Source of the DNA: Rhodospirillaceae bacterium
GTDB taxonomy: Bacteria; Pseudomonadota; Alphaproteobacteria; UBA8366
NCBI GenBank assembly: GCA_002724395.1
Contig: PBOR01000022.1
Span: 16,292 to 76,175 of the forward strand
DNA: 59,884 nt
Direction of reading: 5' to 3'
Shown piece by piece: positions 54,401-59,884 of the stretch. Made by a program: the position numbers and the translations under genes. Each line of letters opens with the position of its first letter. The first letter of the stretch is position 1. The notes beneath the pieces are model-generated. The model had not been told where the DNA came from, ran no database searches, and saw nothing but the letters and a program-made list of their open reading frames with translations.

Positions 54401-56139
54401 AGTCGCCGATAATCCGGATCATTTGCCAACCCCAATAAATTAAGGCGCGGACCAATATATGAATTCAGAGACATCACAAGCTCTTCGCGAATAGGATCGA
54501 TCGGAGGATTAGTTACCTGCGCGAAGAGTTGCTTGAAATATGTGTAGAGAAGTTTTGGCCTATCAGAAAACGGGGCCGTTGGAATATCGTATCCCATCGA
54601 TCCAATTGCTTCCTGACCGGCTGTCGCCATTGGCGCCATCAGAAATTTCAAATCTTCTTGGGTGTAGCCGAATGCCTGTTGACGGTTCAGTAGTTGCGGG
54701 TCGTTTACGGCAGAACTAGCCAAACGTTCCTGTGCCGGCAGTTTACGGAGCGGCATACGGCTTTGATCGAGCCATTCTTGATATGGTTGTTCGGAAGACA
54801 ATTTTGCCTTGATTTCCGAATCGTCTATGATACGCCCTTCTTCTAGGTCAATGAGCAGCATTTTGCCGGGCTGCAACCGCCACTTCTTAACGATAGACGA
54901 TTCATCCACGGGCATCACGCCCATTTCAGAAGCCATTAGCACCGTATCATCGTCAGTAACAAAATAGCGCGCCGGACGGAGACCATTACGATCCAAAGTC
55001 GCGCCAATTTGGCGACCGTCCGTGAAAGCAACTGCTGCCGGTCCGTCCCAAGGCTCCATTAGGCCCGCATAATATTGATAAAAAGCGCGGCGCTCATCGT
55101 CGATTAACTTGTTGCCTCCCCATGCCTCGGGAACCAACACCATCATTGCATGCGCCAACGAATACCCCCCCCGCAGAAGCAACTCGAGCGCGTTATCAAA
55201 ACAAGCGGAGTCCGATTGCCCCTCGGCAATCAAGGGCCACACCTTATCCATATCGTCACCAAAAAGACTGGATTTCATAGAATGGCGACGCGCGTTCATC
55301 CAATTGATATTGCCGCGCACCGTATTGATTTCGCCATTGTGACAAATCATCCGAAAGGGCTGTGCTAATTTCCATGTCGGAAAGGTATTCGTGGAAAACC
55401 GCTGATGCACTAGCGACAATGCGGATACGACACGCTCATCTCGTAGATCATTGTAGAAACTACCGACACCGTCCGCCAAAACCATACCTTTATAAAGAAC
55501 CGTACGAGCGGACATAGACGCCACATAGAAATCCGCAAAATCGCTACCTTTTCCATCAATTTCAATCTCAGCCTGTTTACGAACAACAAACAATTTCCGC
55601 TCAAAGGCGTCCGTATCGCCACAATTCTCGCCACGTCCCACAAAAACCTGCCTGATGCGCGGTTCCGTAACCTTTACGGATTCTCCGAGCTTATTGTTGT
55701 CGACCGGCACGTCGCGCCAACCGAGCAATGTTTGTCCTTCGGCAGCAATGTATTTCTCGAGAATTTTTTCACACTCTCTGCGCACCTCCTGGTCTTGAGA
55801 CATGAAGACAACACCAACCGCATAATCACCAAAATCAGGCAAGTCGAAACCAAGACGATTACACTCAGCTTGGAAAAATTCATCCGGCGTTTGGATTAGG
55901 ATGCCAGCACCGTCACCAGCTTTCGGGTCTGCGCCCACGGCACCACGATGAGTGAGGTTCTCCAAAATCTGGAGTCCTTTCTCAACAATATCATGGCTTT
56001 TCTTACCTTTAATATTAGCAACAAAGCCAATACCACAAGAATCATGCTCGTTGCGACTGTCGTAAAGGCCCTGACGTTTGGGGTACCCCTTCGCAATCGT
56101 ATGTTGGTCACGATCACCCAACGATTTACTCTCCCTCAT
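51454..56139 (-). CDS. gltB: Glutamate synthase large subunit
   Basis: EHDSCG N-terminal Cys, [52 protein letters not shown] domain. Confidence 0.98.
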   Translation of the reverse strand: MRESKSLGDRDQHTIAKGYPKRQGLYDSRNEHDSCGIGFVANIKGKKSHDIVEKGLQILENLTHRGAVGADPKAGDGAGILIQTPDEFFQAECNRLGFDLPDFGDYAVGVVFMSQDQEVRRECEKILEKYIAAEGQTLLGWRDVPVDNNKLGESVKVTEPRIRQVFVGRGENCGDTDAFERKLFVVRKQAEIEIDGKGSDFADFYVASMSARTVLYKGMVLADGVGSFYNDLRDERVVSALSLVHQRFSTNTFPTWKLAQPFRMICHNGEINTVRGNINWMNARRHSMKSSLFGDDMDKVWPLIAEGQSDSACFDNALELLLRGGYSLAHAMMVLVPEAWGGNKLIDDERRAFYQYYAGLMEPWDGPAAVAFTDGRQIGATLDRNGLRPARYFVTDDDTVLMASEMGVMPVDESSIVKKWRLQPGKMLLIDLEEGRIIDDSEIKAKLSSEQPYQEWLDQSRMPLRKLPAQERLASSAVNDPQLLNRQQAFGYTQEDLKFLMAPMATAGQEAIGSMGYDIPTAPFSDRPKLLYTYFKQLFAQVTNPPIDPIREELVMSLNSYIGPRLNLLGLANDPDYRRLEVRQPIQTDGAMEKIRRIGNITDGAFRSITLDITYDVMAGPEGMRPALNLLREQAEKACSDSFNIIILSDRSIGPERVAIPALLATGAVHHHLVRQGLRTGVGLVVETGEAREVHHFCLLAGYGAEAIVPYLAFETVLNMRSGLAEELSEKEVKTRYIKAVGKGMLKVMSKMGISTYQSYCGAQIFDAVGLASDFVDEFFFGTHTAIEGVGLQQVAEETVQRHRIAYGNVQIFRDFLDVGGDYAYRIRGEDHFWTPESVSHLQHAVRANEVKDYESFAANINDQSKRLMTIRGLLEFIPVRASIPLDEVEPASEIVKRFSTGAMSYGSISREAHSNLAVAMNRIGGKSNTGEGGEEPDRFVPMPNGDSKRSAIKQVASGRFGVTTEYLVNSDMMQIKMAQGAKPGEGGQLPGHKVDAVIAKVRHSTPGVGLISPPPHHDIYSIEDLAQLIYDLKNTNPDGDVSVKLVSEIGVGTVAAGVSKAKADHVTISGFEGGTGASPLTSIAHAGSPWEIGLAETHQTLVLNNLRTRIAVQVDGGLRTGRDVVVGAMLGADEFGFATAPLIASGCIMMRKCHLNTCPVGIATQDPELRKRFTGKPEHVINYFFFVAEEVRKIMAELGFRKLDEMIGRLDCLDQRAAVEHFKAKGLDFSKLLHKPDAGGTPIHNCDRQDHELDSVLDRWLMNEAGAALSKGTPVEIKGKIKNTDRTTGAMLSGEVAKRYGHKGLPDGSIKIKLNGTAGQSFGAFLNRGVSMELAGEANDYVGKGLSGGRLIVSPPKNSKIIAEESIIVGNTVLYGAIEGECFFRGVAGERFAVRNSGAIAVVEGVGDHGCEYMTGGVVVVIGSTGRNFAAGMSGGIAYVLDEEGDFDLRCNMAMVDLEPVPEEAALLEKLAHQGGDLETHGRVDVMHDMSRNDAKRIHYLVGRHLHYTGSERAWHILDNWEEYLPKFVKVMPVDYRRALEEMQKAQGDEPDMDLAAEGV

Positions 56140-56501
56140 ATCCTACTTGAACCAAGCCAAAACCGTCGTTAAAAAACGATTTTGGGAATCGTGCCGCGGC
56201 CTTATCGATCCAAATATCGAAAGGTGTGCCTGTTAAAATGGTCCGAATGCCCCCCGAGGCAATGCAGCTTTGCGCTGCAGGCATGAAATTCTCGACACCT
56301 TTTTGCTACGGTATCTTTGTGTGGGCTCTCCCTCAGACTCGGTACAAATTATTGAAATACAACGTAATTAAATCGTAAAAGTGTGGCAAGCATGAACTTT
56401 TCTAGCCCACTTTCGGACGATCCGACCAAAACAATAAAATTATATAAATCAAGTATTTACATAATATTGCCCTTCGATGCGGCATTTCCGCGCGATACAT
56501 A

Positions 56502-56993
56502 TCAGGCAGATTCTAGTGCCTCGCCGAGCAATGAAAATGCTGCAACTGCGAAAGCCCACATATTTGCAACACGATACCGGCTGCCCGTTTGGAATGTTCG
56601 TGTTTTGCAATATGGCCCAGAAATCGCCAACACTGTATGGCCAGCTGGGTCACCGTAGCGATTCCCAGAGGGCCCTGACGCCCCGGTCTCGGAGAGTCCC
56701 CAAACGGCTCCATGAGAATTTTTAAGACGCTCTGCCAGTAACTCCGCATAAGGTTCCATAGCGCCACGCAGGCCGCGCTCATCCATTTCATCTTGGCTTA
56801 TACCCACCAGTGCTTGACGCGCCTCAGAAGTGTAGACAACCCCACCACCTAGAAAATATGCCGATGCGCCGGGCACAGAAAGTAAGGATGCAGAGATTAA
56901 ACCGCCGGCAGAGGATTCCGCAACCACAATTGTTTCCCCTCGCTCCTTCAATAAAGCGCCCGCTTTAGCTCCCAGTGTCTGTATATCCGTCAT
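56502..56993 (-). CDS. CinA C-terminal domain / PncC-like protein (atypical active site)
   Basis: VAESSAGG, PGASAYF.GG.V.Y, ETGASGP; start overlaps ubiD-like stop (ATGA). Confidence 0.85.
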   Translation of the reverse strand: MTDIQTLGAKAGALLKERGETIVVAESSAGGLISASLLSVPGASAYFLGGGVVYTSEARQALVGISQDEMDERGLRGAMEPYAELLAERLKNSHGAVWGLSETGASGPSGNRYGDPAGHTVLAISGPYCKTRTFQTGSRYRVANMWAFAVAAFSLLGEALESA

Positions 56994-58633
56994 TCATCCC
57001 CTCTTTTTTTCACCTTATCTGATACTGTGCGCACTTCAGTATTCATAGCAACGTCACTGCGTCGACGTTGCGCATAAACCTTTCCGGTTTCCCAGTAATC
57101 ACTTTTTACAGCCCGGACCGCCATCTCTTCTAAATCCTCACTCCATTCACCTAGACTATAACCGAACCAGGGAGATTCCGGCCTCAAGGTTGGTAGTCCT
57201 AGTTCGTCCCAAATTTGCGCAGCTCTTTCCATGAACTCTTGCTTCGGCAACGAAACCGGCGGAAAAGATTCCTTCAGCGTAGCGTCGATTAAGACCGCAG
57301 CATCTTCCGGTTCGGTTAGACTACGTGGCCCGTGGCCTTGATCTTTATGCTTAAGCACATGTACGTCATGTTGTGGCCGGCAACGATAGGCCATAGCCCA
57401 AAACAACGCATCCGAATTTGTCGCATCAATATCCTCATCAACTGCGATCAACCATTTGCCTTCTGCTTGCCTAAACGAGGCCAAGCCATACAGTGCTCGC
57501 CATATCTCCGTCCGCGGCGTTTCTTTTTCGAAACTAAGTGCGATCACACGCGACAGTGATGTCAGTGGCTCATGGGCTTTCACGTGCTTGATGCCTGTAA
57601 TACCAAGCGAATCCTGGAGATAGCTAATCTGCCGAGCTTCGTAGGCAAATCGACGGATAACGCTGGATTCACTGGGGGCCACTTGGCTGACCCATGACGT
57701 CAATATAGCTTTCTTTTTCTGCGTTACAGCAGTGACATCCATAAAGCCGTTATATTCGGTAATATTTACGTGACCGTGGGATTCGCCGAACGGTGCTTCC
57801 GGCTCCAACAATTCTGTGGATACAAACCCTTCGATCACTACCTCAGCTTCTGCCGGCACTATTAAGTCAACAGTCTTGGCTTTAACTACATTTAACGGTT
57901 GCCCAACCAATGCGCCAGCGACTTCCAGCTCATCTACGCCCTCCGGCACTTTTTGGACGGACGCATAAGACACGATTGGTGGACAACCAATCACCACCGC
58001 GCACGGCATCGGCTCACCGCGTTCCTTCCAAGCCAGCCAATTGATATAGCCTCCAGTACGAAGTTCGGTGGAGGTGTTCATGCCCATCCGATTGGGCGCT
58101 TTGATCTGCCCCCGATAATTACCGACATTCTGAATGCCCGTTTCAGGATCACTGGTGATAAAATGGGAAGACGAGGTGTAGGGGCCGTTGTCGAAACCCG
58201 GTGTCGATATGGGAATAGAAAGGGCATCGAGCCCATTACCCTCTAGCAATGCCTTTCCCTCAATTATTACCTCGTGGCACGGGGCATCATCGGAAGTGAC
58301 AATATTAGGGGGCAATGGATTAGCAAAAGCCTCAGCCCACTTACCTCCCATATCATCCAGAGAACAACCCATTCCAACTTGATAAATCTCTGGATTCCCT
58401 GCAAGCCCGCACACTAGAACCGGCATATTATATTTGCGGCCCTTGCTATCGACTACATTGGTAAAAAGCCAAGCCTTGCGATCTGGTTCCGGAATACCGC
58501 CACGATATTGCCAACGCACCAACGGGTGCATCTCCGTATCCTTATTGATTTCCCGGTCCACTTCGATCAACAAGCCCGCATCGCGCAGCGCGTTAATATG
58601 ATCGGGTAAATCCCGATAAGTCCGTTTACTCAT
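56990..58633 (-). CDS. UbiD-family prFMN-dependent (de)carboxylase
   Basis: DPETG.QNVGNYR, IGCPP, VPAEAEVVIEG, EAPFGE..G, IAVDEDID, LIDAT. Confidence 0.9.
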   Translation of the reverse strand: MSKRTYRDLPDHINALRDAGLLIEVDREINKDTEMHPLVRWQYRGGIPEPDRKAWLFTNVVDSKGRKYNMPVLVCGLAGNPEIYQVGMGCSLDDMGGKWAEAFANPLPPNIVTSDDAPCHEVIIEGKALLEGNGLDALSIPISTPGFDNGPYTSSSHFITSDPETGIQNVGNYRGQIKAPNRMGMNTSTELRTGGYINWLAWKERGEPMPCAVVIGCPPIVSYASVQKVPEGVDELEVAGALVGQPLNVVKAKTVDLIVPAEAEVVIEGFVSTELLEPEAPFGESHGHVNITEYNGFMDVTAVTQKKKAILTSWVSQVAPSESSVIRRFAYEARQISYLQDSLGITGIKHVKAHEPLTSLSRVIALSFEKETPRTEIWRALYGLASFRQAEGKWLIAVDEDIDATNSDALFWAMAYRCRPQHDVHVLKHKDQGHGPRSLTEPEDAAVLIDATLKESFPPVSLPKQEFMERAAQIWDELGLPTLRPESPWFGYSLGEWSEDLEEMAVRAVKSDYWETGKVYAQRRRSDVAMNTEVRTVSDKVKKRGDE

Positions 58634-58638
58634 AGCCT

Positions 58639-59859
58639 TTAGCCTAATGTTTCCGCACGACGTACGCTGGCTATTAAGGAAGATCGCAAGAGGAACTTCT
58701 TAGCTCTCGCAGGGTCCGACGCGATTTCGCTCAATTCCTTCAAGTTTTGAGCCCTAGCCAATGGGTCTTTTGCCTCTAGTCGCTTTTTGTTCTGGATAGT
58801 CTGTGCTTGAACGAATTCATGATTAGTGGTGCGCCGCTGAATATCGTAGCGCACCATCTCCCCTAAATCGGCTTCACCTTTCCAGACCCTCAGCAGTTTC
58901 TCGGTTAAATTCATAGCATCGTGAATGCCACAATTAAGGCCAAGACCACCGATAGGATTATTCACATGGGCTGAGTCGCCTGCAAGAAAGACCCGTCCTT
59001 TCGCAAAACTTTCCGCAACACGCTGGTGCGTTACATAAATATTTGTATGAACGATATTATAACCACCAGTCTTCGGAAAGAATTTCTGCATACGCTCTTG
59101 AGCAGCAGATTCGTTGGCAACATCATCATCGCTTTCATCGATACCAGTTGGGAAAACAGCCCGCCATAAGCCAGGCGGACCGTCACCAGAAACTTTGAAC
59201 AAATTACTCCATTCGTCCGGGTCGGCAAAATAATTGCGATAGCAGTAGTCTCCCCCCGACTGAAAATCGAACGGTGTGGTAAACACTACGAATCGCTCAG
59301 GATAGGTAAAGCCTTCAAAGGCTATTTCAGCAGATTTCCTTACTGCGCTGCGTCCACCATCTGCCCCGATTAAATATGCTCCCGTGCAAAAATATTCACC
59401 ATCGGGGTTCGAGACCGTGGCAGTCACATAGTTCTCATCTTGCGTCAGATCAATTACAGAATGCTCAAACAAGATGTCCACGTGATTAAAAGCGAGCAAT
59501 CGTTCATAGACCAAACTTGCCAACTTAAACTGCTCACACTGAATTACATATGGAAAATCTGTTTCATCTGCCAATAGCTCGTGATCGAAATTTGCCACGA
59601 GATCACCCGTTGGCCGGTCCCAAAACCGGAACTCACGGCATATCAAACCTAGCCGCGCCATATCATCAACTAGGTCCAATTCAGAGAGCATCTCAAGTGT
59701 CGCCGGATGAGTTGTGGCGGCGCGTGGGTCATCAAGCAGCCTATCTTCTTTCTCAAAAACCGTTACAGGCACACCCTCGCGCGCAAGCCTGTAAGCAGCG
59801 ATCAACCCAACCGGCCCTGCACCCGAAATCAGCACGCGTTTGTTTTGGGTCACGCTCAT
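58639..59859 (-). CDS. FAD-dependent monooxygenase (class A, MhpA/PHBH-like)
   Basis: GAGPVG, IGADGGRSAVRK (DG motif), LAGDSAH...P.GG.GLN.G..DA (GD motif). Confidence 0.9.
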   Translation of the reverse strand: MSVTQNKRVLISGAGPVGLIAAYRLAREGVPVTVFEKEDRLLDDPRAATTHPATLEMLSELDLVDDMARLGLICREFRFWDRPTGDLVANFDHELLADETDFPYVIQCEQFKLASLVYERLLAFNHVDILFEHSVIDLTQDENYVTATVSNPDGEYFCTGAYLIGADGGRSAVRKSAEIAFEGFTYPERFVVFTTPFDFQSGGDYCYRNYFADPDEWSNLFKVSGDGPPGLWRAVFPTGIDESDDDVANESAAQERMQKFFPKTGGYNIVHTNIYVTHQRVAESFAKGRVFLAGDSAHVNNPIGGLGLNCGIHDAMNLTEKLLRVWKGEADLGEMVRYDIQRRTTNHEFVQAQTIQNKKRLEAKDPLARAQNLKELSEIASDPARAKKFLLRSSLIASVRRAETLG

Positions 59860-59884
59860 ACAGTTAAAATGTCACTGAACTGTT

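Noticed and set aside
56383-56725. Plus-strand ORFs 56383-56658 and 56477-56725
   Set aside because: They overlap the CinA-like gene antisense and have no motifs or clear RBS.

Overview
This is a gene-dense, mostly core chromosomal segment of an alphaproteobacterium. Gene order and content look Rhodospirillales-like; that taxonomy is my inference, not a search result. Conserved blocks are: nadA-nadC; Cbp3-DUF177-rpmF-plsX-fabH-ihfA-merR-tRNA-Pro(GGG); bamE; hppA; rpiB-glyA-nrdR-ribD-ribE-ribB-ribH-nusB-thiL; mucR; metY-hemB; RDD-ate/bpt-parC; rpoZ-rel-DUF2062-pdxJ-acpS-lepB-rnc-era-recO; NYN-UDG; and gltBD. I see no integrase, transposase, prophage, rRNA or CRISPR array. The best candidates for undescribed biology are: (1) a motA-motB-motB stator locus whose two anciently duplicated MotBs share an identical 27-aa ion-conducting segment but carry complementary substitutions in the peptidoglycan-binding motif, preceded by a CtrA-like box overlapping a perfect palindrome; (2) a tightly coupled FAD monooxygenase-UbiD-atypical CinA/PncC operon; (3) an OCD/mu-crystallin-RraA aldolase-hydroxyacid dehydrogenase module following gltBD; and (4) a multi-stem candidate RNA leader upstream of gltB. 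A frameshifted threonine dehydratase remnant is also visible. All product calls come from motif recognition by eye.
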